From assembly GCF_000150275.1 (NCBI RefSeq), contig NW_002060958.1, positions 566,272-630,271 of the forward strand: a stretch of DNA of 64,000 nt, read 5' to 3'. The notes under the pieces were generated by a model. That model was given only the letters and a program-made list of their open reading frames with translations, had not been told where the DNA came from and searched no databases. Every line of letters starts with the position of its first letter. Positions within the stretch are counted from its first letter, which is position 1. A program made the translations under genes and the position numbers. This DNA is from Trichoplax adhaerens (lineage: Eukaryota > Animalia > Placozoa). Positions 37,568 through 52,319 of this stretch are shown one piece after another.

Positions 37568-40500
37568 GTAAGCGCAAAGGATACAATATACATTTTATTG
37601 AATATTTCATGTCGGAAATCATTATCGTAATGGAGAATACGTGGTGGCGTTAGCTAATTATATTAATTGTAAGTTCCTAAAGCATGATAGTATTGGAAAG
37701 AAAGCACTATATGGCATACACTAATTAAACTACGTATTTATATTGTCTGATGCAATAATGAGCGCAAAATAGTTTTAAGAGTTAAAAGGATCGTAATTAA
37801 AACATAAAGTCTTGATATTTCTCCGTTGGATGTACTTGGTTAAGGTAAAAAATGCTTCTCATTGCGTTACATTTAGGGAAAGTATCACTGGTGAGTGAAA
37901 AGCTTGCGTTTTGCTTTCATATTGAAAAATATAAGCCTTTTCAGGTTTTAGCTTTGCGTCCATTTTAGTATACAAATGACGAATTTGCAGCCAGCATTAA
38001 CAGCCCTAACAGAGGCTTATATTTATCTTAATTAAGTAACCTACTATAACTGCAGTAAATTACAGAATCTAATTATAAGCCTACACAAGATTACGTTATT
38101 ACTAAATTCTGGTAAAAATGATTTGGAAGATAAAGCGAGTTTAATCTGAAGAGATACTATCGCAGAGTCAAATATTGAAAACTGTAACGACGATAATTAA
38201 AACTATTGCAAGGAAATTATCATTAGAAGTCTCCCATCAGATTTTCCCTCTCTGTCATCTAAATATCGTAAGATTTTCTGTCTCACATTTTTAGTAGGTA
38301 AAAATGACATTTTATCTGTCTTAGATGAAATTAAGCCGAAATTATATAAAAAAATCAGTCTGCTTATAGTTTAATTACTATGACATGTGAGTTTATAATT
38401 TTGATAATAACAAAAACATTATGGAACTATGCTCTTATCTATTAAAATCATGGAAAAAAGTCGTAGGTAATCAATATTAATACATCCTTTTATAAGGAAT
38501 CTTATAAAGATTATGTTACAGCTGCTATGCAAAAGTTATTCCATTTACACAGTAAAGTCTAAAAGAGAAGATTTCGTAGTCAGTAATACTTTTAAATAAT
38601 CCAGAGAAATCTATTAAAATATAACAGGAATCCTGAAAATTCTTGGCTAATTGAATCTCTTAGTTATTTCAGAATAAAAATACTGTATGTTTGCTACTGA
38701 AAGAAAATAAAAGTGTCCATATAACATCTTTCAAGTCTTCGGTTCATTTGCTTCCATTAGGACACTTTATGGCAATTTTAGTTACATACCGGTATTCTCT
38801 ACGGCGTTTTATATACCAATTTAATCACTTGCGCTTTGATAAATCCTGAAGTACTATTGTAGCGTGAAGCTATAAATTCTTATAAACCTTGATTTAAATT
38901 GGTGTATCTTATTTCCTAAATTTTGGTAGCTAACTGAAAAGTTTTACCCGAAATTCTATCTGGAGGATTCCGTTTATTATTCAATTTTAAATACTGGCAA
39001 TCATCTTATTATCAAGACCATTTTTACTAAAACTAAATAATTAGCGTTATCTGTGATTAAAATATTTGTGCCTGCGCAATAAATATACCGATAGGCTTGC
39101 GCTAGATTCTTTTTCAGACTCTCCTATATTATGTTATTGTAGATTAAAATCTACAATGAACTGAAAAAAGATACTGTTACGATGCTATACTTTGAATTCA
39201 GATAGCTCAATTTGGATCTCATTTAACTATAAATTTCAGTTATTAATTATTAACTTAGTTTAAGATTAGTAGTGTCATTATTAGTCATGATTATTAGGCT
39301 GTTTTACTAAGCAGTAGTTGTATTCTGACGTATAATTCAGTAGAGTTGGTTTCTTAATATTTACTATATTAGACTGTGCTTGGCCGGATACTAGTTAAAA
39401 TAATGGCAATGCTAATTGTATTTTGATCAGTCTTATACTTGTGTAGGATCGATTAGTCTTCCATTATAGAACTCCTTTGTTATTATACTTTACAATAAAA
39501 ATATATCCATAGCTAGCACTGTCACTTATTCACTGTGAATCTAGTACAAATTAAATTATTTAAACCGATCAGATATGTGGTAATAATACACCAATACCTA
39601 AGACTGTACAGTAAGAAGTCACACACCCATACCTTTACTGCTAAAAATGTGCTCGCAGATAGAATTATTTCGTAATTACTGTGTAGAATTTCGTTTGGAA
39701 CGTTGTACAAATTCCACATTTAATCTGTTCTTAAATACAGTCAGTAATATTAAAATACGGCAATACAAATATTGTCATAATTTAAACTCTGCTGCAAGGA
39801 AATGTACAGTAAAATCTAAAATCTATTAGTAACTACTGACTTAAAAGCTCTTTAACTAAACGTTAAATACACAAAGCAGAGTACCGTAAAGATAGAACTT
39901 GTATTAGCATAAACGTATCTACAACTTTTCACCACATAACCCAACTCCAATGTTCCCGATTATATAGGAACCGTCTAATTTGTAAACAAGAACAGTATTA
40001 TTATTATACCTTACTAGGACGGACATCTCGAACTGACATGTTCCTCACATTGCTTTCCTATCAGTAAATATTTTCAATCTCTTACCCATACTTAATTTTA
40101 ATCTAAGCATGTATGTTCTCTAGTTCAACTATCATTGGCTAGAACTTAGGTAATCTTACTACTATCTACGCATAATAATTAATATCAGATATGTAATAAA
40201 CTATCACAAATAATCTACACGTTAAGGCATTATTTATCTTACCTTGCACTACAAATATGGATATTTTCTATATCAACTAATACTGTACTATTAAACTATC
40301 CTATCGATAATGTATCATTTAAGGATATCGTCTTTCAGTATTCAGGTTTAGTTATCCTTATAAAAGCGTATTTGTGATACCCTATTGAGAATTTTCATCT
40401 ATATATTATTGTGTATTTCGTCTAGCTATAATTTTTATCAAGCTGTAATTATCTTAATAAATATTATAATTTGGGTACAAAATTTTAAGAGAGACTGCTA

Positions 40501-42624
40501 TCTTTACCAATAGAACTACTACTTATGGGTCATGAATGATTTTTTTAGATTATTTTTTGGATGTGGCGATAACTACAAGTTACAGTGGTAATTAGTAATG
40601 AAGATAGCGTACTTTACTTCATTTCGTAACTGTCGATCTCTATTTTAAATATGTTAATTTTGTATTTATCTTGGTACAATCAACAATTGCACTTATTGAG
40701 CCCTAAATGCTTCTACTAGAATTGTGCCTTCTGGTAAGTATAATACTATAACATCTCCGTAAGAGTTTTTCTCGATGATGGACTTTTCTTTCTCAGCTAA
40801 ATATATTCCAGTTCTGACAAATAATTGTCCGGGTATGGAAAGAATTTAATAAAAGCTTGTATTGAAATATGAGTTACGTATAATTAACCACTATCAGGGA
40901 TCTACTATAAAGTATTCTGAGCTTGAATTGACAATAAGCTCCTATCTGCAGTCCTTAAAATCAATTAAGCTCAATCTATTTACGACTGTAAAAGCGCCTA
41001 CAATCACGAATGAATCATCGGTGGAAGTAATTTCCTCCCAAAGATAATCAATTAATCTCATCATACGAATTTATTTACTGAAGATATAATATACTCTCCT
41101 CTTGATGTTCAATACATTCTTCTTCGCCAGTTAAGATATGGAATTCAATAAGTTGAGATCCATGCTGATACTACGTAAGTTATGCTATAATAGGAAATGT
41201 AATTTAATTTAAAGATATAATTAAATAGCTTTTTCGGAATTTAATTATAAATAAACAAAAGTATTCATTCATTACTCCAAATCAACCAATAGAAGAACTT
41301 ATTAACGATGACTTCAGAATTTTAATTTCATGCAATATTACTAGTTTAAAGAAAATGGTAATAAGAGACAGTAATTTGTTACTATAAATTTTACATAAAG
41401 GCTTTTTAGCGACAATTTCATAAAATTAATGTGCCATTGAGATTTTCTTTGTTGCAATGGAAATGATTTTAATATGTTAGAATGTTTAGTTATTACGATT
41501 AATTACATCAATTCTATTAGTTTACTACCGTTTATTTGCATTGCTACAGCTACCAAAGGTATTCTATTGACCGTTTAGTAATGATCATAAATAAATTGAT
41601 AAAGGAAATACGATAAGTGAAATGTTATTTAATTCAAATGCGTTCCTTTTGCATCTTTTGTAACTGTCATTAAATGAATTATTTCATCAGCTTAAAATAG
41701 GTTAATGGATTGAATCAAGATACTCAAATTGAAAAACGTCAATATTAGGACTAGAATTAATAAGAATTGCTTAGTGCCGCAACAATTGTTTAAGAAAAAG
41801 TTTGCTTTATGGCTAATTCTTATAACAAGGAACTGTATGACGACAATTTTGTTGAGTAATTAGTATAAAATGCTTAAAAATGTATAGAACTTGATTAATT
41901 TGTAAAAGTATTTGTGTATTTATGGGAGATATTATCATTTATTAGTTTATTTATAAGTTTATAACGATACCTTAAATTAATAAATTAGCCTTTACTATCG
42001 AAATAGTATCGATTTTTCATTACTATCAATGTTAAATACATTTATGAACTGTACGCCTTTAAAATTCTTTTCCTCTCACTCCCAAATTTCGATTACGTTA
42101 CTAATATTTTCTAGCTACAACGCTGCAAATGCATTGGTGTTGAGATTTTTAAACTTACAATCAATTATGCTTTTATTTATGACGAGTTGACATTCCGTTG
42201 TAAATAATATCATTCAAAGGCTTATTTTTTCTTCGCTTTCATAAAAATTATTAATTATAGCTCCACAATACTGAATAAATAAGAATTTACTTTCAATTTT
42301 ACGATCTTGTCGTTCTTAAAATCTATAAATAAATTCATAAAACATATCTATCTATTTTGCTTTGCATTCCAACTAGTATTCTAGCTGTAAAGCAATCAAT
42401 AAAATATTTAAAAGTTATCTTGAACGAAAAGAGAATATAAATTTATAAGTGTCGGTATTAGATGTTAAAACAAAATTTACGCCTGTAAGCCTTAACAAGA
42501 GCTAAACGGTTAGATAATGTACGATTAAAAGCTTCAATTGGTAATACTACCATTAATGATTGATGCAGTTTGCTGTTCTGCTAGATACTTTACATAATAC
42601 TTTCTGAATTGTTACTAATTTCAT

Positions 42625-43020
42625 TGTCACAAACCAGCTTCGCGACAAAATTGACGTAAAGCAAATCTCTAAATTACTTTAGTCTCCGGGATTCAGTATC
42701 CTTTAACTATCTCTCACAAGAATTTAGACGTCTTTGCTGCTACGTTAAACAACTATAGAACTCTTCCTTTATTAAACTATCTGCCGAGCTTCAATACCCT
42801 TCGGTAGCTGCTATCGTTTATGAGTCAGACATAACATTACTATCAATTAACAATAGTTACCTTATGAGAACTCTTGTTACAGTATAGCATAATTTACTGT
42901 TATGGAATACTAACTACCGTAGTTTTTACTGTAAGTCATTATTAGTTATCTCCATATACTGTATAAATGTTAACCACAAAATTTAGTAATTTACTCTTCA
43001 AGGTAGTTAGTACGGTGACA
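42625..43020 (-). mobile_element. Solo LTR-like element, family C copy 1 (396 bp)
   Basis: TGTCAC...GTGACA termini; flanks TTCAT/CTCAT (4/5 match); end-to-end homologous to 56019-56582; minus-strand AATAAA near 42770. Confidence 0.8.
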
Positions 43021-44020
43021 CTCATATCAAATACTGCAAGGCACATGCTGTTAAAAGCGTATCTGTAATATCGTTTTCACAGTAATTTTAGTCCACAGAG
43101 GAATCCAGTACTATAAAAGCTTTTTATTACAAGGTTCTAAAGAATAGTACAGCAATAATTAATTACTCACAAGAATCTAGTCTAAAGTAATCTGAGCTCA
43201 ATTAGATATCAAATCTTTTCTCCTCTCTTTTACGCTCAGATTTGTACACCTTATATACTTTTCTCTGAATCTATTTAAGGCAATAACATCGTCTACAATC
43301 AGACATGAATCATCACTACATTTTACAGTATTAATCAAACTGCTTACAATATTATTACTTTACCATTAATGTCCAACACCGTAAGGTATTGGGCATCTTT
43401 ACAATCTTAGTATTTCAAGTCGTATAACGTCCTGTACCATAATTAGTTAACAGCTATATTAGTGAATAACACTTTCTAATATAGTAGTTACCAGTCACCT
43501 AAATCTAGCAGCACAAGAATATCTATTTTTAGAAACTTAACTATTCTAAATATAGTACACAACACAATCAAATATAGCTATCGCTACAAGCAAATATAGG
43601 GTGCATCACTACAGTATCTTTGCCCATTAACACCATAATCTAGGTATTTATGCGTCCGTCTATGTTGCTTAAAATAGCGACAGTGGATATGGTAGCCTCG
43701 AAAGTAGGTATTGTTACTTGACTAAATTATAGATATCTTAAAAAGTTCATTACATTTCTATTAGAAATGCATACCGCACCGACGATTTTATGTTGAATCA
43801 GAAAGAAAAGTATTGCTAAAGAGGATAAGTATTTGAAAATTATTTTCTGTACGCAAAACGATTGTATTTAAAAAGAGCATAAAGGAGTTTTACAAAAAAT
43901 GACATACTAAGTAAGACAAAGGCGTATATTTCTTTGCGAGGCCATAAAATAGTCTAGATGCCTTTAAAAGAAATTCTAATTTTATTCTTAACTCCATCAC
44001 TATCAAATTCAGTATTTTAG

Positions 44021-44627
44021 TCTTACGGAGCAAAGCATCATACATGTTAATTAAGTAGACTTCGTTATGTAGCTAATGGCAATACGGTAAAGAGTAATTC
44101 TGAATATTAATCGTATATGGTTTTGCTAGACAACCAAAGTGTAAGCGTCTTCTCAAATTAACTGGTATAATCTTTATAAATACTAATATTGGCGTAATTT
44201 TAGCTCCTGCGGTGAAGTGTGCGTGACGTGCGAGTAGCGTACTGAGCCTCATTCGTTTAATTGGTTGTTTATTACTTATTGCCAATTAATGTTGGTTACT
44301 GGTTGTATCTATAGTTAGCTACATAGTTTATTAAGGGTTATTTCCCTGTACAAACCTTGTAAATCTTATGTTGCTAAATTATTATGTGAGAACAACAAGT
44401 TTGGTGGTAGGGTATAAAGGAGGAGCGAATGCTCAGCTCCTAAGTTTGTGATTATATATCATTTCGGCTACTCTATTAATGAAACTATTCTAAACTCTTA
44501 GAACAGTCTTATCCCTGTGTGACCGTTAGTAGTATAGGACTATCATACAATAGACCTAACGTGGAGATAGGAATAAGTAAGTAATCTATTAGTTTAGGGT
44601 TGTAGTCCGCAAGTTTAGTTTGTGACA
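44021..44627 (+). mobile_element. Solo LTR-like element, family B (607 bp), distantly related to family A
   Basis: Perfect 5-bp TSD TTTAG (44016-44020 / 44628-44632); termini TCTTAC(GGAG)...GTGACA with TG mutated to TC; GGGTATAAAG TATA box at ~44410. Shares ordered motifs ACGGAG, GAGCCT..TTAATTGG, AGGGTTATTT and TAGGGTATA with family A. Confidence 0.8.
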
Positions 44628-47478
44628 TTTAGATGACAATACAATTTAATAAATTGATCGGCAATTTCTTACGTCTGTAAAAGTATCCTTGCTTACTAGA
44701 TTTATTATTCCCCTTAAAGTAAATTTGATCAATTTTAGTTTGTAAATTAGTCATTTTATATCAATAAGCTCTAAAATATTTTTCTAGAATAGATTTATTC
44801 TTAAATATTTTAGATACATGTATTCGTATGTATACTCGTAACTAAGCATGCATAGGAAGCTTAGTAACCAGCGACAGCGATTTCTGTCAGTTATCCTTTT
44901 TCATTGCAATTGTTTAATGAAGGATATTTTAATAAAATTTTCATCTTTTCATGCAATTTAAAGCATATTCCAGGTGTAGATTAATTTTTGAATAGATTCT
45001 TATTTCTTATTTAAAATTAGATACTTACTTCTTAAGATCCTAATGTGTTTTATTCGTACCTTAATACTTATAGAGAATAATCTAATATTCTTGACTTTTT
45101 TAGTTAATGTTGATTTAGCTTATCTATAAATTTAAAGTATGCATTGTAAATGTACATTATAACTGTGCACATCATTGATACTAGCCTACTCTTTTGATAA
45201 CAGTATTATGATTTATTGGTTTTATTATCATTTAAAGCTAGTAACACATTTATACTTTTAAATATAGATCATTCATGATCTAAGTAAATTTAATATCAAT
45301 TGTTTGTTCTTTGTTTGATAGGAATTGTTCCTATATATTATAACAAATAAGATTTTTTCTCTAGATCTCGGTTTCTGTTTATTAAAAAAATTGGATTCTA
45401 ATATTTAATACAATCTAATGCTGCTGAATAATTTATCTCTAGTGAAGTTATCAGCATAGTTACCTGTAAATAATGGTGTATTAAATAATTTTGATAATTA
45501 ATATCTAGCCAAAAAGATCAGAAATTGAACAAAAACTCACCTTGTAGTCGATGCACTTCGGGTAAGATTGTTATATAGAACTAAATTTATCTTTTAAACT
45601 ATTTTTCATATGGTACTTTACTTGTGTATAGTATAGTATTCACGTAAATTAAATCTTAATATTGGAGGCTTAAATAACTTATATATAAGAATTTTATGAC
45701 CGTATCTAAATACAAAAATTTTTTTATCATCGATCGGTTTTCTGTAATCTGCTTGGCTATCAGTTAGTTACCCTGAAAATTTATCTTTTTGACAAGTAAA
45801 TCTTATACTTTTAAAACTTATTTAAGTTTTCGTAATCATCAAGATGAAAGTATTAGGTATATATGGTAAAATATCTATAATGCTAAAACTTTAACTTAAT
45901 ATTATATAATCACAATCAATTCCAACTTTCGCATTAAATATGGTTCTCGAACAGTATGTTCTATCGTAGTGTTAGTTTTGTAGAAACAGAACAAGATAAG
46001 TGATTTTTAACAGTATTTCATTTTATGATACCACTAAGACTGTTCATATCGTTGGCTAGTTAACGTTTTGACTTTTGAATATTTACTTTTAATTTATTAT
46101 ATGATAAATTTTTTTTGAATGATTGTAAAACACTGGGTTGTAGTAATAAGTTAGCTATACCTTAGTAAATATATTATTGTTGATATTGTATGAAAATGAT
46201 TATAGAAGATTGCATTATTATCTAAAATATCAGGTTTTGATTTTGAAGATCTAATTTTAGGGGCATCATTTTATAGGATGTAATTTAAAAGTTAGAATTA
46301 CAAATTTTCAGAATTATTTTAATATTTTTTCTTTTAAACATTTCAAACATCGATTTTTGGCAATGTAAGAGTAAAACATGTTATAATTAATTTCTAATTC
46401 AGTTTAATTCTAATACGTATAAGAGAACACTAGCCGATAGTAATTAGCAAAACTTTATTGCTTAAAGTTTATATACTGCACATAGAAATATATCGGTGGT
46501 GTCAAGCTAATAATTATATTCATAAAAGGGCTAAACAAATTTTTAATAGTTTACAATTGAGTGATGAATTAAAAAAATGCAACGATAATTATAATAATTG
46601 AATATTTACATCAATCATTGTGTTCGAATATTGTAACAATTGCACCTGGCATATTTTTTATCTCTACATCTGGAATTAAATGACGTACTGTATAAAAGTT
46701 TAGTAATCGAAAAGATCGTGCACCGTAACTTCAAAAACTAGAAATTTTCATATTTTAATTATTGATTATGAAGCTTTAGCCCTTTTCCATTAAGACTTCA
46801 TAATAACTTAAATCTGGACAGCTTTTAGTTGGAAATGGAAATTATTGAATGTAAATATATGGTATAATTTACTTCCCAAATAGTCTAGTTGGAAGATGGC
46901 TTATTTTCGAATACATCAAAGTGAGTCTGCGCATTTAAATTAACTTCGGTATAAATTTCATCAATATCACAATTAATATAGAAAATCGGCTTGCAACTTA
47001 TACATAGGGGATAGTACAATATTTACTATCATATTTTATCGGCCCATTTTTTTATGAAAGCTCATTAAAAATCTATCATTAGTTTGAGTGGGAGCTACCA
47101 ATACGTCTCATTTGTGATAATAATTATTCTGCTATTGTTATATAAAATTGAAGATCGCGACAATTTACGATATTGATCAGAAAAGATTGCGGAGAAGATT
47201 ATATATTTTAGATATTCTAACTTAATATGTCAACATTTTTCTTTACTAAATTAGAATTAGCTACGACCAAAGCAATAAGGTTTAATGTCCTAATAGCCTG
47301 GTTAAAATAGGAATGTTTTGATTTTCTGAGGGATTATAATAGAGCTTTGAGTAATAAATAGGCGTAATCATTCTCGTTTTGGGTAATATCTATTTACAAT
47401 CCTTTATTATCTGTGACACTAACTTCTAAAGGTAATGTTATATAGGGCGTTACTTCCAATAAAGTGTATAGAATAAAA

Positions 47479-49965
47479 CTGATCATTCACAGAATTAATA
47501 ATTAAAAATCAAATAATATGATTTCTACATGAATTAACTAGAATAACTGGTTATGCTCGTATAAGCATTTTTATTATTTTATCAACAAAATCAGATTACT
47601 TTGTATACTTTACAATTTATAGATGTACTGGCTAGTTATTGATATAATATACGGTGATTCCTCACCTATTGTTTACTGATGGTTTAATTTTTAAATATTG
47701 AGTGATATAATTTTTGAATGTAAAATTCGAATAACCATTTAAGGCAAACACTGTATAAAGGGATTGTTTAAGCACAACTAAAATTGGCGATAAGTTTTTC
47801 AGTTTGCATCTAAATAGTTCGTTTAGGAATGACTGTAATAGATGTACGTACGTATATATAATTGTAAATTTGTACGGCTCGAGTAGAAACGATTTACGAA
47901 AATTAATTTGAATAATATGTATATTATTATACGTCTGCCACATTTCGTGCTTGCCCAAAAATTCGTAGTAAACGCTAGCATGGTAAATGGTCTGCTTTGC
48001 TCATAATTTTAGTCTGTAGAAGATCGACATATGCGAATTCCATTTCTTAGCTGAAGTAATTGATAACGGATCATTTATTACGTTATTCTTTCTAAGGCGG
48101 GCCTTACGAGTTTATTAGGTAAAGTCTCATTTATTTATATCCATATACGTTTCAATAGGTTATTGCCGAAAATTTTAGTGTTAACTGGTAGGAATTAATT
48201 ATTTGCAGACTTTTTAAGATAGTGCATGTATTCATAAATTGATAAATAAATATTCTGGGACTTAGATAACGATAGACTATCGGGTATTGAAGTGCTTATT
48301 CTCCGTCAATATATGATTCGATTAATTAATTATTGGTACTTTGTACGCTATGAAGTAACTTATTATTGTGATTGTAGACTATTAGCCATGTTTAGTATGA
48401 TGAATGGTAGTGTCATTTCTATATTTATCTTATGATATATTTAGTAGCCCATAATAATAGACTGCTATGGTAGACTCTATGGTATACCAGAGTACAGACG
48501 ACTATATAAAGTAGGGTATTAAGCTACTATTAAGGTTAGAGATAAATATAGAACTGTAAATTATATATAAGGATTTGGTTAAATCATTGCACTTTGAGTG
48601 TTAGGAATGATGTCTACGCAATTAATGTAATCTTTTTCATATTCGATTAAAGTTAGTCTGCTGTAAAATAGTGTACAAATAATTTGATTATGTGTTAAAT
48701 TAGGTAAAATATTGCTATGCTGATTGTAGTTGCGAAGGCTACGGAGAGTATAAAAGCAATTGACATTAGATTGTCCGATTGTTCATTCAAGAAGTCTTTC
48801 AATAGTTGTATTGGGCTCGAGCAGAGCCGAATGAGCTAATCTTTGTATTAGTTCCAATTTTCCACAAATTTTGAATTTTTGTGATCGGATTTTATCTTAT
48901 ATGCCTTATAATCTACAGTAAATTAACTCTCAACGGCTTGTATTTTATAACATATTTCTATTGCTACCGTAATAATTTCAAGACCAACGAAATTAAATAT
49001 TAGCATGGTGTATTATCTTATTTAGACTATTCAATAGTACTGTATTCATTATGACAATAATTACCTCTTTAATTTCAAATCCTCTTTTGAGCATTATCAA
49101 ATTTTTAGACCTTAATCTATGATAGATATTTTCATCTAGTGCGATAGCCGGTTTATAAAATAACTATTGAATGTAGTAAGTATAACATTCGATTTCCATG
49201 GCCCTTTATTTGCATGTTAAATTAATAATAATTTATATTTTAATTAATTGTCACTCTAAAAGTCTGACACTAGATCTTGCACCTTAACACAAATGCATCT
49301 TTCTCAGGTTTTTGATTTGATTTACGCCTATATAAATGATTGACTTTCATAGCTGCTTCGTGCAATCTTTGCTGGACGCCGAATAGGAAAAAAGTCAAAT
49401 TTCAGCTAGTTAATTCAAAAGACAAAGTCCTAGCAGTTGTTATTTACAATTCTGACTTTTACATATTAACAGAAATAAAGAACTTGGTTTAATGTTATTT
49501 ATTTAAGTATTAAATTAACCCCTTATTCTTACCCGAAACGTAATGGCAATGTTCAATAACCAATATAGTTTTCGTTCTTTGTCAGAATAAGCGTATAGAT
49601 TAAATAATGAGTTCATCGTACAAGTAATACTTCATATTCGGTGATTCATTAGTTACCGTTTGGGCTTGCTTACACAATTCAAATTTCTGACTAAGGGCTC
49701 TCATGAAACGATTTACTCGATTTTGTCATGTAGTTTGGTAATTAAATGTGTTTTAATGGTTATAGTAGGATCTTAAAGTTATTTCCGCATACGTAAATAG
49801 CATTTCTTCAGTAGATTACGCCAATTTTTTCTGTCATCATTGTTACTAAATCTGCAATTTAATTTGCATCGATAATCTAGAAATATCTGTTGTTAATAAT
49901 TGATGAAGCTAGATAGCTACAATGAACTTGTTCATATTGAACGAAAGTTTGAAAGTTTTGCATTT
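47479..49965 (+). repeat. Copy 1 of near-identical duplication flanking assembly gap
   Basis: Matches 50016-52319 with scattered SNPs and two large indels (92 bp and 93 bp). Confidence 0.95.
48349..48899 (+). mobile_element. Solo LTR-like element, family D copy 1 (551 bp, decayed termini)
   Basis: Reverse-complement homolog of 57182-57732 over its full length, with the same length; flanks TACGC/TATGC (4/5 match); GTATAAAAGC TATA box at ~48748. Confidence 0.75.
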
Positions 49966-50015
49966 NNNNNNNNNNNNNNNNNNNNNNNNNNNNNNNNNNN
50001 NNNNNNNNNNNNNNN
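49966..50015. other. Assembly gap (50 N)
   Basis: Run of N. Confidence 1.
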
Positions 50016-52319
50016 CTGATCATTCACAGAATTAATAATTAAAAATCAAATAATATGATTTCTATATGAATTAACTAGAATAACTGGTTATGCTCGTATA
50101 AGCATTTTTATTATTTTATCAACAAAATCAGATTACTTTGTATACTTTACAATTTATAGATGTACTGGCTAGTTATTGATATAATATACGGTGATTCCTC
50201 ACCTATTGTTTACTGATGGTTTAATTTTTAAATATTGAGTGATATAATTTTTGAATGTAAAATTCGCATAACCATTTAAGGCTAACACTGTATAAAGGGA
50301 TAGTTTAAGCACAACTAAAATTGGCGATAAGTATTTCAGTTTGCATCTAAATAGTTCGTTTAGGAATGACTGTAATAGATGTACGTACGTATATATAATT
50401 GTAAATTTGTACGGCTCGAGTAGAAACGATTTACGAAAATTAATTTGAATAATATGTATATTATTATACGTCTGCCACATTTCGTGCTTGCCCAAAAATT
50501 CGTAGTAAACGCTAGCATGGTAAATGGTCTGCTTTGCTCATAATTTTAGTCTGTAGAAGATCGACATATGCGAATTCCATTTCTTAGCTGAAGTAATTGA
50601 TAACGGATTATTTATTACGTTATTCTTTCTAAGGCGGGCCTTACGAGTTTATTAGGTAAAGTCTCATTTATTTATATCCATATACGTTTCAATAGGTTAT
50701 TGCCGAAAATTTTAGTGTTAACTGGTAGGAATTAATTATTTGCAGACTTTTTAAGATAGTGCATGTATTCATAAATTGATAAATAAATATTCTGGGACTT
50801 AGATAACGAAAGACTATCGGGTATTGAAGTGCTTATTCTCCGTCAATATATGATTCGATTAATTAATTATTGGTACTTTGTACGCTATGAAGTAACTTAT
50901 TATTGTGATTGTAGACTATTAGCCATGTTTAGTATGATGAATGGTAGTGTCATTTCTATATTTATCTTATGATATATTTAGTAGCCCATAATAATAGACT
51001 GCTATGGTAGACTCTATGGTATACCAGAGTACAGACGACTATATAAAGTAGGGTATTAAGCTACTATTAATGTAATCTTTTTCATATTCGATTAAAGTTA
51101 GTCTGCTGTAAAATAGTGTACAAATAATTTGATTATGTGTTAAATTAGGTAAAATATTGCTATGCTGATTGTAGTTACGAAGGCTACGGAGAGTATAAAA
51201 GCAATTGACATTAGATTGTCCGATTGTTCATTCAAGAAGTCTTTCAATAGTTGTATTGGGCTCGAGCAGAGCCGAATGAGCTAATCTTTGTATTAGTTCT
51301 AATTTTCCACAAATTTTGAATTTTTGTGATCGGATTTTATCTTATATGCCTTATAATCTACAGTAAATTAACTCTCAACGGCCTGTATTTTATAACATAT
51401 TTCTATTGCTACCGTAATAATTTCAAGACCAACGAAATTAAATATTAGCATGGTGTATTATCTTATTTAGGCTATTCAATAGTATTGTATTCATTATGAC
51501 AATAATTACCTCTTTAATTTCAAAATCCTCTTTTGGGCATTATCAAATTTTTAGACCTTAATCTATGATAGATATTTTCATCTAGTGCGATAGCCGGTTT
51601 ATAAAATAACTATTGAATGTAGTAAGTATAACATTTGATTTCCATGGCCCTTTATTTGCATGTTAAATTAATAATAATTTATATTTTAATTAATTGTCAC
51701 TCTAAAAGTCTGACACTAGATCTTGCACCTTAACACAAATGCATCTTTCTCAGGTTTTTGATTTGATTTACACCTATATAAACTAGCAGTTGTTATTTAC
51801 AATTCTGACTTTTACATATTAATAGAAATAAAGAACTTGGTTTAATGTTATTTATTTAAGTATAAAATTAACCCCTTATTCTTACCCGAAATGTAATGGC
51901 AATGTTCAATAACCAATATAGTTTTCGTTCTTTGTCAGAATAAGCGTATAGATTAAATAATGAGTTCATCGTACAAGTAATACTTCATATTCGGTGATTC
52001 ATTAGTTACCGCTTGGGCTTGCTTATACAATTCAAATTTCTGACCAAGGGCTCTAATGAATCGATTTACTCGATTTTGTTATTTAGTTTGGGAATTAAAT
52101 GTGTTTTAATGGTTATAGTAGGATCTTAAAGTTATTTCCGCATACGTAAATAGCATTTCTTTAGTAGATTACGCCAATTTTTTCTGTCATCATTGTTACT
52201 AAATCTGCAATTTAATTTGCATCGATAATCTAGAAATATCTGTTGTTAATAATTGATGAAGCTAGATAGCTACAATGAACTTGTTCATATTGAACGAAAG
52301 TTTTGAAAGTTTTGCATTT
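50016..52319 (+). repeat. Copy 2 of duplication (probable alternative haplotype); contains family D LTR at 50886-51344 with a 92-bp deletion
   Basis: Begins exactly at the gap edge with the sequence of 47479; copy 1 ends exactly at the other gap edge. Confidence 0.95.

Noticed and set aside
47662-50495. Two near-identical 98-aa ORFs
   Set aside because: TTG start, no homology evident, and the duplication is explained by the gap-flanking overlap.
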